DNA of 32,000 nucleotides from Pseudodesulfovibrio piezophilus C1TLV30 (GTDB lineage: Bacteria; Desulfobacterota; Desulfovibrionia; Desulfovibrionales; Desulfovibrionaceae): the NCBI RefSeq assembly GCF_000341895.1, contig NC_020409.1:2190001-2222000 (forward strand). The letters are read 5' to 3'. Below the pieces are notes generated by a model that saw only the letters and a list, made by a program, of their open reading frames with translations, had not been told where the DNA came from and did not search any database. Below, piece by piece: positions 23,629-31,852 of this stretch (positions are counted from its first letter, which is position 1; each line of letters starts with the position of its first letter). Made by a program: the position numbers and the translations under genes.

Positions 23629-25431
23629 TCAGGGAGTGACGCCGCGAGACAGCCGCCGACACCCTTTCTCCGCCCTGGTGAGCAACATCAGAAATTCATC
23701 ACTCATCCGCCTGACATGATCGAAATAATACCGAAGGCCCTCGACCCGAGCCACATTGTCTTCGAGAAAAACCTTGCCGTAAAAATACCTGTTGTCAAAA
23801 GATTGGTAGCGTTCGACGAGATAGGAAATATTATTCTTGTCAAACTCAAGCAAAGCAGCAAAACCTCGGGTCAGAACCACTTCATCCGCTTCCTGCAAAA
23901 CCCCGGCACTCAGATTCCTGACGGTGGACCAGTTGACCTTCTCATTATTGATGAAGGGAAGCACCATGTCGGGTCGTACTTCGGGAGGAGCGGTACGAAA
24001 AAGGTCAGCCACTTCCCTCGTGACTCTGGCATCTGGCAACTCCGGCTCACTTTCGTAGCGAATCCCCTGCCCATACAGGATGCTGCTTTTCGACGTATTG
24101 ATGCACTCGATTCCTGACAGACGAATGACTTCAGCCAGCCAAAGGGCGGCGTCCCGAAAGTTCAATGTTGTATAACTGGTGACACCCTGCTCCGTATGGA
24201 CCGGATAGAGATGAGGGAATCGGGAGGTCTCTCCGGAAAGAGAGCCGTTATCGCGAAAATTCATGGTCCCCTTCGCATAATCCAATCCCCATGGGTTGGG
24301 AGACGAGAGCTGGGCTCCCACGAAAATGCATTTGTCACATCCAAGCAAACAGGCCAGGGAAAAAGCCGTGGAAATCACCGAGCCATGCAACTCCAGATCA
24401 CCCTTGTCGCCAAATAGCACAGGTAAATAATCGCCAAACAGGTACTTCTGACGGAAGCGGTCTCCGCCGAGATCGGAAAAAAGGTGCCCGACAAGGATCG
24501 TCTCGTGAATCCTGGGGATGTTTTTGAAGACCTCGCCCGATGCCGTGGACGCATCATTGATAACGACAAAGTGTGGTTTGATCTTTGCCTCGACCATGGG
24601 CTTGACCGCGTTATTCACACAAATGATCACGGCGCGGTTACGATTCGCCCGGATATATTCCAGTTTCTCGTTCAGGTCCGGTCCGGCTGCCACCAGAATG
24701 GCCGGAAATCCCTTGAGTGCGTTCTCCAGATGCATCACACCTTGGCAGGTCTGGTATGCGATGAGGTTTTCATACACATGTAACTGCTGATCGAACATCA
24801 AATCCCGCTTGATGGGACGAAAAGGAATGGAGCGCAAAAAAAACTGGCTCCCCACCGGATAGATGACGTGCCTATAATGGAGTATTTCTATATACTCTAT
24901 GACCTTCGCGGCCCATTTCCCATAGAGTTCACGAATCCGCTCCGTCTGAAAAAAGACCGGCGTTCCCTGCTCGAAAAGCTCCTTGGGCAGCATCTCCTGC
25001 AAAGCGGGATTAAAAGAATACGGTGCCCCGGTGAAAAAGAAGACTCCACCTCTGTTCAGACGAGAAAGCTGGGCACGGTCGAGATACTCCACAAGCACTC
25101 GGTCATCGGGTTCAAAGACGAGTACGATGGTGTCGGGCTTGTCCAGACAGCGGTCAAGCTCCTCGGAATCGGCACTCCCCAGGAAAACCGTGAACCGGGT
25201 CTTGTCTAGGGCTTCACCGACCGTGATTTCCCCGTCAAAATGCAGATAAGCCGGTTTTTCGGGATTCTGAAAGGGAAATCGATATTTTGGATTCTCATAC
25301 AACGACACCTGGTTGTGCCGGGAAAAGGCATGAGGACCATGATCGGCCGCCCCGTTACCATGGGTCGAGACATCTTCACCCCGGCACAGAATACCGAGTT
25401 CCACCAATGCCGCAATTTTACTGTTTTCCAT
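23629..25431 (-). CDS. maf: Motility-accessory-factor (Maf)/DUF115 (MptE-like) family putative protein glycosyltransferase
   Basis: 600 aa. Central motifs 'ILVAAGPDLNE', 'VIICVNNAVKPMVEAKIKPHFVVINDAS', 'HGSVISTAFSLACLLGCDKCIFVGAQLS' correspond to the G-x-GPSL / PD..v..D / G-SV..A..lA..lG signature of DUF115/Maf proteins. Confidence 0.7.
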   Translation of the reverse strand: MENSKIAALVELGILCRGEDVSTHGNGAADHGPHAFSRHNQVSLYENPKYRFPFQNPEKPAYLHFDGEITVGEALDKTRFTVFLGSADSEELDRCLDKPDTIVLVFEPDDRVLVEYLDRAQLSRLNRGGVFFFTGAPYSFNPALQEMLPKELFEQGTPVFFQTERIRELYGKWAAKVIEYIEILHYRHVIYPVGSQFFLRSIPFRPIKRDLMFDQQLHVYENLIAYQTCQGVMHLENALKGFPAILVAAGPDLNEKLEYIRANRNRAVIICVNNAVKPMVEAKIKPHFVVINDASTASGEVFKNIPRIHETILVGHLFSDLGGDRFRQKYLFGDYLPVLFGDKGDLELHGSVISTAFSLACLLGCDKCIFVGAQLSSPNPWGLDYAKGTMNFRDNGSLSGETSRFPHLYPVHTEQGVTSYTTLNFRDAALWLAEVIRLSGIECINTSKSSILYGQGIRYESEPELPDARVTREVADLFRTAPPEVRPDMVLPFINNEKVNWSTVRNLSAGVLQEADEVVLTRGFAALLEFDKNNISYLVERYQSFDNRYFYGKVFLEDNVARVEGLRYYFDHVRRMSDEFLMLLTRAEKGCRRLSRGVTP

Positions 25432-25480
25432 TAAAACCCTGTCATATCATGCGATAGGAGCTTTCACTCGTTCATGGGAT

Positions 25481-25496
25481 GTTCACATATGGGAAC
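25481..25496. promoter_or_regulatory. Imperfect 16-bp palindrome GTTCACATATGGGAAC (14/16 symmetric) in the maf / nadE divergent region; candidate operator
   Basis: Read directly. Centred on CATATG. It lies between the candidate minus-strand promoter and the maf start codon. Confidence 0.25.
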
Positions 25497-25518
25497 AGGA
25501 CCGTTTCCTACCCCTCGG

Positions 25519-25547
25519 AAAATGACCTCCTGACCATTTCATGTCAA
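25519..25547 (-). promoter_or_regulatory. Sigma70-type promoter candidate for the maf-GT2 operon
   Basis: On the minus strand: perfect -35 TTGACA (plus coordinates 25542-25547), a 17-nt spacer, then -10 CATTTT (25519-24, 3/6 matches including A2 and T6). Confidence 0.3.
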
Positions 25548-25622
25548 GGGGGTGGTCGGTTCTGCAAAGAAAAGCAAGCTTCTACGGTTGCCCGTCTTCC
25601 TGCTTTGGCGTATCAAAACCAG

Positions 25623-27275
25623 ATGAAAGTCGCCATCCTGCAACTCAATCCTGTGGTAGGGGATATAGAAGGCAATGCGTCACGCATCCTGGAAGCAGCC
25701 CAGCGGGCTGCAAACCTGGGGGCGGACCTTTGCGTGACATCCGAACTGGCCCTGACCGGCTATCCCCCGAGAGACCTGCTTCTCTATGACGGTTTTGTGG
25801 CCAAAACGCGTCAGGCCGCAGAGACCCTGGCTCACGACCTGCCCGATATGCCGCTGCTGCTCGGGTGTGTGGAACGCAATACGTCGGGGCAGGGCAAGCC
25901 TGTCTACAACTGTGCCATGTGGTGCCGGGACGGAAACATCAAAAAGGTCATTCGCAAGACTTTGCTTCCCACCTACGATGTCTTTGACGAAGCCCGCTAT
26001 TTCGAACCGGCCCCGGTGGGAGATTCCGAAGCGAACATTATCCGCTTCAACGGGACGGTCATTGGGGTGACGATCTGCGAGGATTCATGGAACGATAAAG
26101 ACTTCTGGGACAATCGAACCTATGCGCGAGACCCTCAGGAGGCCATGGCCACACACAATCCGCAGATGATCATCAATCTTTCGGCTTCGCCCATTTCACT
26201 CGGCAAGCAGGCCCTGCGCGAAAAAATGCTCGGCGCAGTCGCCCGAAAGTACGCCACACAGGTCATCTATGCCAATCAGACCGGCGGCAATGACGATCTC
26301 GTCTTTGATGGCAGGTCCTGTGCGTTCAGACCGGATGGCTCGCTCATGGCCCGCGCAGCAGGCTTTGCAGAACAGGTTTTCCTTGTGGAAACAGACGACA
26401 CGGACAACACAATCACGGACGATGATTTTTCCCGCGAATCCGAGACATGGCACTCTCTGGTGATGGGGACCCGTGACTACGTGCGCAAGAGCGGTTTTTC
26501 CAAAAGTGTTGTCGGCCTATCCGGTGGCATTGATTCCGCTGTCACGGCTGTGGTCGCTGCCGAGGCGCTGGGCGCTGAGAATGTTACCTGCGTCCTCATG
26601 CCATCCCCCTATTCCAGTCGAGGCAGCATTGACGATTCTCTGGAACTGGCGAAAAATCTCGGCATGGAGACAGTGACCCTGCCCATCGAGCCGATCATGG
26701 AGCGATTTACCGAGACCCTGGCCGAACCATTCGCTGGGTACGGGCCGGATACCACGGAAGAGAATATCCAATCACGCATCCGGGGCAATCTGCTCATGGC
26801 CCTGTCCAACAAATACAGGGCACTGTTGCTGACCACGGGCAACAAGAGTGAGCTGGCCGTGGGGTACTGTACCATCTACGGCGACATGTCCGGCGGTTTC
26901 GCGGTCATATCGGATGTGGACAAAACAGGAGTCTTTGCCCTCGCGAGATGGTACAACGACCATATCGGCCCCTTCATCCCTGAGGCGATCATCACCAAAC
27001 CGCCCTCCGCAGAGCTTCGCCCCGACCAAATGGACCAGGACTCCCTGCCGCCCTATGACGTCCTCGACGCTATCCTCGCCCTGCATATTGAAAAGCACTG
27101 TTCACGAGATGCGATCGTGGACGCGGGATTTTCACCGGAAGTAGTCGACAAGATACTGGGATTGGTCCGGTTCGCGGAGTTCAAACGGCGTCAGGCAGCC
27201 CCAGGTATCAAGTTGACTCCCCGCTCCTTCGGCACGGGCTGGCGCATGCCGCTGGCATGTCGCCGGGAATTGTAA
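25623..27275 (+). CDS. nadE: Glutamine-dependent NAD+ synthetase (nitrilase-like glutaminase domain + NAD synthetase PP-loop domain)
   Basis: 'MKVAILQLNPVVGD' is a typical N-terminus. CN-hydrolase motifs 'VTSELALTGYPPRD' and 'GVTICEDSW' (catalytic Cys). PP-loop 'GLSGGIDSAV'. C-terminal 'KPPSAELRPDQ.DQDSLPPY'. Start moved from ORF-track 25479 to ATG 25623. Confidence 0.9.
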   Translation: MKVAILQLNPVVGDIEGNASRILEAAQRAANLGADLCVTSELALTGYPPRDLLLYDGFVAKTRQAAETLAHDLPDMPLLLGCVERNTSGQGKPVYNCAMWCRDGNIKKVIRKTLLPTYDVFDEARYFEPAPVGDSEANIIRFNGTVIGVTICEDSWNDKDFWDNRTYARDPQEAMATHNPQMIINLSASPISLGKQALREKMLGAVARKYATQVIYANQTGGNDDLVFDGRSCAFRPDGSLMARAAGFAEQVFLVETDDTDNTITDDDFSRESETWHSLVMGTRDYVRKSGFSKSVVGLSGGIDSAVTAVVAAEALGAENVTCVLMPSPYSSRGSIDDSLELAKNLGMETVTLPIEPIMERFTETLAEPFAGYGPDTTEENIQSRIRGNLLMALSNKYRALLLTTGNKSELAVGYCTIYGDMSGGFAVISDVDKTGVFALARWYNDHIGPFIPEAIITKPPSAELRPDQMDQDSLPPYDVLDAILALHIEKHCSRDAIVDAGFSPEVVDKILGLVRFAEFKRRQAAPGIKLTPRSFGTGWRMPLACRREL

Positions 27276-27351
27276 TCACGCAGACCAGCTCCTATACGAC
27301 CAAGGCGCTCATTCGCACCCGAAGGTGCCCCCATAGAAACAACGAGGCATC

Positions 27352-27831
27352 ATGGCTGCAAGAAAAAACAAGAACAACGAGAAAATACGAAATATCCTTC
27401 TCATCCTATTTGCCCTTGCTGTCATGCTGGTGTTCTTCAATCTCGACATCATGCGCAGCGGCGAATCCGTTTTCAGCCGAACAGCTTCGAAAAAACTGAC
27501 ATTTACCGGAGACCTCGGCCGAAGAGACTACTCCGAAGAAGAGGTGGATGCCCTTCTGCGCCTCATCAAGCGCCATACCAGGATCATCGACACCACCCAT
27601 ATAGAGTGCTCGGTTCAGGACAGGTACAAAAAACTTACCGACACCAGCCAGATCCTATTTGAAATCCACATGGTCATGCAGGACGGAGCGCGCATATCCA
27701 CTCCGGTACGGCGCACCACACGCAAGCACCTCGTGCAGGATATCATCGCCAAATTCAACAAGGATATCAGCGCTTACAAAAAATTGATCAAGGACGGGAA
27801 AAAAGTCAACTCTCTGGTCAATACCATGTAA
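27352..27831 (+). CDS. Hypothetical small protein with N-terminal membrane anchor
   Basis: Basic N-terminus 'MAARKNKNNEKIRN' followed by the hydrophobic helix 'ILLILFALAVMLVFF'. No recognisable catalytic motif. Plausible codon usage. Confidence 0.5.
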   Translation: MAARKNKNNEKIRNILLILFALAVMLVFFNLDIMRSGESVFSRTASKKLTFTGDLGRRDYSEEEVDALLRLIKRHTRIIDTTHIECSVQDRYKKLTDTSQILFEIHMVMQDGARISTPVRRTTRKHLVQDIIAKFNKDISAYKKLIKDGKKVNSLVNTM

Positions 27832-27985
27832 TCACCCGAAGCTTTTCCATGAGACAGACTCTCTCTGCTCCCTGATTTCACTAATCTTTTAAATCTGATT
27901 TTTCCATTTTCCCAGTCCTGTGCGCGTTCCCCTTGCGGATACTGCGCTTCTCAGTGTACAGGAATAGACCAACCAATGGGATTGT

Positions 27986-29194
27986 ATGGGAAAACAATTT
28001 GATGTCATCATTTGCGGGTGCGGCCCGTCCGGAGCAACGGCAGGGACAATCCTTGCCCGGAGCGGACGCAGTGTGCTCATGCTCGACCGGGCCAGATTCC
28101 CGCGAAAAAAACTCTGCGGCGGCCTACTGACCTGGAAATCCATTAAATTGTTGGAAGCGGTTCATGGAGAAACCATCGACTCCCTGACCAGGCAAGGGAT
28201 CATTAATTTCGTCTCTGACCACTATGCCATCCGAACGTTTTCGAACACCATCTCCGAAGGGAAAAGCCCATTCCCATTTCATTTCACCGACCGCACAGTC
28301 TTTGATGCCCACCTGCTGAAGCTGACAGAAAAAGCCGGGGCAGAAATCAGGGAGGAGGCTCGCGTCTTGTCGTGTGACCCCGAACAGGGGACAGTGACCC
28401 TTGAGGGCGGAACAGTCCTGCAAGGACACTTTGTCATTGGTGCGGACGGCGCAAACTCGATGGTTCGTGCCGCCTTCCCCGATCACGACCGAAAACGGTT
28501 TCGGCGGCACATGGCACCGACCATAGAAATTTCCCTGGACCTCGCTGACTTCCCCAGAACAGTGGCCTTCCCGGAACTGTATATCGGATTCCTCAATGCA
28601 GGATATGGATGGGTTTTCCCCAACCAGGATCGGGTCATTGTTGGGATGTGTGGGCTCAGGAACAAAAAAGAGTCATTTTTACAAATATTTAAAGAATATC
28701 TAGATTTTCTCAAGATTAAATCAAATACCATTCCAACGCTTCATGGGCACCCTCTCCCCTATGGAAACTATCTGCACACCCCAGTTTTCGGCAACGCACT
28801 CCTGGCAGGAGATGCCGGAGGATTCGTGGAGCCCCTGCTGGGTGAAGGAATCTTCTTTGCCTTGTGTTCCGGTCTCTATGCCGGGGAGGCCATTGCTGAA
28901 GCATGGCCCAGGCAAGCACATCCCGGCCCTCTTTACCTGCGCAAAATGCATCGGCAGATCATCCCGGAACTCAAGGCGTCGGACAAGCTGCGCTGGCTTC
29001 TCTTTACTGCCATGCGCTGCACCGGGACTGCCTCACTCAGCCTGTTTGTCAATTCTTCCTCGACCCGGCTGGCTGAAATGGTCCACGGCATCCGCTCGTA
29101 TTCCTGGCTCCGCAAAAAACAATGGGACTTTCTCACCCCTTCTTCCGTCCCTCTGCCACCTTCCTCAAAAAAGTACCCCTCGTCTATTCGATAA
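27986..29194 (+). CDS. FAD-dependent oxidoreductase of the geranylgeranyl reductase family
   Basis: 'FDVIICGCGPSGATAGTILARSG' dinucleotide-binding GxGxxG, 'RKKLCGG', 'VIGADGANS', 'LAGDAGGFVEPLLGEGI' are typical of the GGR/ChlP-like family. Confidence 0.8.
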   Translation: MGKQFDVIICGCGPSGATAGTILARSGRSVLMLDRARFPRKKLCGGLLTWKSIKLLEAVHGETIDSLTRQGIINFVSDHYAIRTFSNTISEGKSPFPFHFTDRTVFDAHLLKLTEKAGAEIREEARVLSCDPEQGTVTLEGGTVLQGHFVIGADGANSMVRAAFPDHDRKRFRRHMAPTIEISLDLADFPRTVAFPELYIGFLNAGYGWVFPNQDRVIVGMCGLRNKKESFLQIFKEYLDFLKIKSNTIPTLHGHPLPYGNYLHTPVFGNALLAGDAGGFVEPLLGEGIFFALCSGLYAGEAIAEAWPRQAHPGPLYLRKMHRQIIPELKASDKLRWLLFTAMRCTGTASLSLFVNSSSTRLAEMVHGIRSYSWLRKKQWDFLTPSSVPLPPSSKKYPSSIR

Positions 29195-29286
29195 TGGGTT
29201 GACGAAAAACTATGCATAAAGTAATTCGGACGGTAATCCGTCTTTCAACATGCGGTGTGCCTGTCGAGAGTAACGGTGCGTATCGG

Positions 29287-29362
29287 CGCGGGGTGGAGCA
29301 GTTGGTAGCTCGTCGGGCTCATAACCCGAAGGCCAGAGGTTCAAGTCCTCTCCCCGCTACCA
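29287..29362 (+). tRNA. Initiator tRNA-fMet (anticodon CAT)
   Basis: Folds by hand into a 76-nt cloverleaf: acceptor CGCGGGG/CCCCGCT, D stem GAGC/GCTC, anticodon stem TCGGG/CCCGA with loop CTCATAA, T stem AGAGG/CCTCT, and encoded CCA. Initiator hallmarks are present: 1:72 mismatch (C1xU72), A11:U24, and three G-C pairs closing the anticodon stem. Near-identical in layout to E. coli tRNA-fMet. Confidence 0.93.
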
Positions 29363-29392
29363 GAATCCCTTTTGAGTTGGAGCCTTTTTGAG

Positions 29393-29653
29393 ATGAAGAG
29401 CATTTACGTTGGCAACATTCCTTTTAGTGCCTCAGAAGACGATGTCCGTGACCTGTTCGCCGCTCATGGCGATGTCAATTCCGTCAAACTCGTTGACGAC
29501 CGCGAAACCGGACGCTTTCGTGGCTTCGGATTTGTCGAGATGGATGACAGACAAGCCCTTTCAGCCATTGAAGCCCTTGACGGATTCGACATGGGTGGAC
29601 GGACACTCAAGGTCAACGAAGCAAAACCGCGCGCACCAAGACCTCGGTATTAG
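29393..29653 (+). CDS. RRM-type (RNP-1/RNP-2) glycine-poor small RNA-binding protein
   Basis: RNP-2 'IYVGNI' and RNP-1 'RGFGFVEM'. 86 aa. ATG 29393 with GGAG 10 nt upstream is preferred over the ORF-track TTG at 29372. Confidence 0.9.
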   Translation: MKSIYVGNIPFSASEDDVRDLFAAHGDVNSVKLVDDRETGRFRGFGFVEMDDRQALSAIEALDGFDMGGRTLKVNEAKPRAPRPRY

Positions 29654-30196
29654 AGCGCACGGCCCGTTTCCGGCATCCCCGGATACGGTCACACAAAGCA
29701 GGTTCTCCCTTGGGAACCGGGAAAAGCCCGACCCTCGTCTGGTCTGATGCTGTCTTCCTGTGCGCGCAGCGGAAATGCTCCTTGTAAGGCCGAGTGCCAG
29801 GAATTTTGGCACTGTTATCGTATAAGGGATATTTTCTTGAAGGATGAATGATTTTCATCTTCCTGCCGTCAGGTCTCACAACAGGCTCTTCGGGGGCACT
29901 TTTCCCTGCGCGGAGAGGCCGTCTTTTCTTCTGATATGTGCAGAGAGAAAGTCTTTGTGATCGCTTCCCGCAGATCAGGATGTATTTTTGTGCTCAAAGC
30001 AGAGTCATTGCATTTGCGTCCTGCCATCTTTGAGACACCGGATTCCTGAGCGAAAAATTCTTCACATGAAACGAACGCGCTGATGAGCGTTCAGGCTTTG
30101 CCATGCGAAAAGAAGTGGGACACTGAGGCTCATTTCCAGGAGTTTACCCTCTGCCCGGATCGAAAAAGACGTTTCCTTGGCAGAAGGCAGATGCAT

Positions 30197-31852
30197 CTAA
30201 TCGTCAAATCCATATTTGACAATGACCAGCGTGATATCGTCTTCAGCCTTGGTACCACCCGAAAAATCGCTGACCGCCTTGAACACCGCGTCCATAATTT
30301 CCTGAGCACTATATCCGGCATGATCACGCACAACTTTCTTGAATCGATCCTTGCCAAACATCTCACCTTTTCGATTTCTGGCTTCCCATATGCCATCTGT
30401 GCCAATGGCGATGATCTGACCGGGGTGCAATTCATTGGCCTGTTCATCATAGTGCGATTCACGGGTGACTCCCAGGGGCAGCCCGGTTCCTTCACCACCA
30501 AGCTCGGTAAAGACATCAAGCACCGGACAATAAATCATGGCAGGGTCATGTCCGGCCCGGACCCAGCGGGCTGATTGCTTTTCAGGGTCCAGATTCAAAT
30601 AGAACAATGTCATGAATCGACCTGAACCATCCAGATCCGAGGCAAGTTGACGATTCATTTCGGTCACGATCTGGGCAGGACTCCCCGGCTGTGAAGCCCG
30701 CATGCGCAGGAATCCCCGCGCCGAAGTCATCAGCAGCGCCGCATCCACACCATGGCCGGAAATATCTCCCACAGCCACGGAAAGAGACGGATGCTCCGGA
30801 TCCAGCCCTTCCAGATAATCAAAATAATCTCCACCCGCTATTTCACTGGCAATGGAAGAACCGGCAATATCGAGTCCGGGAATATGCGGCGCAGAATCCG
30901 GCAGTAGACTTTTTTGCACCTCCCCCGCCAACTCTATGGCCTTTTTCTGTTCCGTAATATCAGCGACAAAGGCGACATTGCCCAGAAAAGTGCCGTGCTG
31001 GTCACGGAGCGTATTGGCATTGACCAATATGGGAATGGCATGACCATCCTTATGAAAGACGCTTCCCTCAAAACGCCTGTATTCAAGCTTGAGCAACTGT
31101 TCCCTGTTGCGTTCCAGAAAGAGCCTGTACTGCGGCGTGGCGTAATCGTGCGGCCGTCTGCCCACCAGCTCTTCCCGTTCACGGCCAAGCATCCGGCAGT
31201 AGGCGTCATTGACTTCCTTGATCACCAGTTCCTCATCAAGCAGCATGTAGCCTTCTCCGGCACCTTCGATGATACGGCGAAATTTATACTCACTATATGA
31301 AAGTGCTTCTTCTGCTTCCTTGCGTCGGGTTATGTCGATGAGCACACCTTGATTATAGAGCAATCGCCCCTGTTCATTCCGAATGACCGAGGTCTCATCC
31401 GAAACCCACCGCACCTCCCCATCGGCCGTTCGAATACGATATTCCTGCGTGTACTCTTCCAGATCGAGGTCACGATATTTCTGCAATTCGTCCCGCATAC
31501 GGGCCTGGTCAGCATCAACAATCATATCCTTGAAGGTGACAATGCCACCCATTAAATCCGAGGCGGCATATCCCCACTGGCTGATATTTTCCGAGACATA
31601 CACGATCCCGGCTTCATCATCGGCATTACGGCGAAATAATACTGCCGGGGATTTTTCCACTATCAGGTTGGCCAGTCCCATGGTTTCCCGAGCCTGACGG
31701 AGCTGTTCGATCTCGTCGATGCAGATGGCGCTCTCCCTGGCCCGCATTTGCATATGTTCCGCCAATGCGGCTTCACTTCGAGCAAGGCGACCTCGCAGCT
31801 CGGAGAGCTCAAGGGACAAATCTTCCTGCGTCATGGTAGTCTCTCTGGTCAT
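30197..31852 (-). CDS. Coiled-coil + tandem PAS sensor domains + SpoIIE/PP2C-family serine phosphatase (RsbU-like)
   Basis: PAS-like blocks ('IVYVSENISQWGY', 'EYRIRTADGEVRWV', 'NDAYCRMLGRE', 'FHKDGHAIPILVNA'). PP2C motifs 'GGDYFDY', 'VAVGDISGHGVDAALLM', 'IGTDGIWEA'. AGGAA RBS before ATG 31852. Confidence 0.85.
   Translation of the reverse strand: MTRETTMTQEDLSLELSELRGRLARSEAALAEHMQMRARESAICIDEIEQLRQARETMGLANLIVEKSPAVLFRRNADDEAGIVYVSENISQWGYAASDLMGGIVTFKDMIVDADQARMRDELQKYRDLDLEEYTQEYRIRTADGEVRWVSDETSVIRNEQGRLLYNQGVLIDITRRKEAEEALSYSEYKFRRIIEGAGEGYMLLDEELVIKEVNDAYCRMLGREREELVGRRPHDYATPQYRLFLERNREQLLKLEYRRFEGSVFHKDGHAIPILVNANTLRDQHGTFLGNVAFVADITEQKKAIELAGEVQKSLLPDSAPHIPGLDIAGSSIASEIAGGDYFDYLEGLDPEHPSLSVAVGDISGHGVDAALLMTSARGFLRMRASQPGSPAQIVTEMNRQLASDLDGSGRFMTLFYLNLDPEKQSARWVRAGHDPAMIYCPVLDVFTELGGEGTGLPLGVTRESHYDEQANELHPGQIIAIGTDGIWEARNRKGEMFGKDRFKKVVRDHAGYSAQEIMDAVFKAVSDFSGGTKAEDDITLVIVKYGFDD

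Noticed and set aside
22845-23639. 264-aa plus-strand ORF opposite the GT2 gene
   Set aside because: The minus-strand product has textbook GT2 motifs and a good RBS. The plus-strand ORF is a shadow ORF.
25479-25622. 48-aa N-terminal extension of nadE given by the ORF track
   Set aside because: The extension has no similarity to NadE N-termini, which typically begin 'MK(I/V)A..Q.N'. It also overlaps the palindrome and promoter region. ATG 25623 gives the canonical start.
29199-29227. TTGACG ... TAATTC as the tRNA-fMet promoter
   Set aside because: The -35 is good, but every -10 option at 16-18 nt spacing is poor (2-3/6 matches), so it is not reported as a feature.
29287-29362. tRNA gene as the integration site of the glycosylation island
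   Set aside because: The tRNA lies ~3.9 kb from the island border, with nadE and other core-looking genes in between. I could see no integrase, no direct repeat of the tRNA 3' end, and no compositional jump at the island edges.
29793-29822. TGGCAC within the hairpin as a sigma54 -24 element
   Set aside because: The sequence at the -12 position reads TCGTA (GT instead of GC at the invariant dinucleotide). No gene lies downstream in that orientation.
29844-29960. 38-aa ORF (MNDFHLPAVRSH...) in the 540-bp gap
   Set aside because: The only purine-rich stretch abuts the ATG with no spacing. The composition is unremarkable, so there is no support beyond being open.
30083-30574. 163-aa plus-strand ORF overlapping the 3' end of the PAS-PP2C gene
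   Set aside because: It is antisense to conserved PP2C motifs (IGTDGIWEA region) and has no RBS or motifs.
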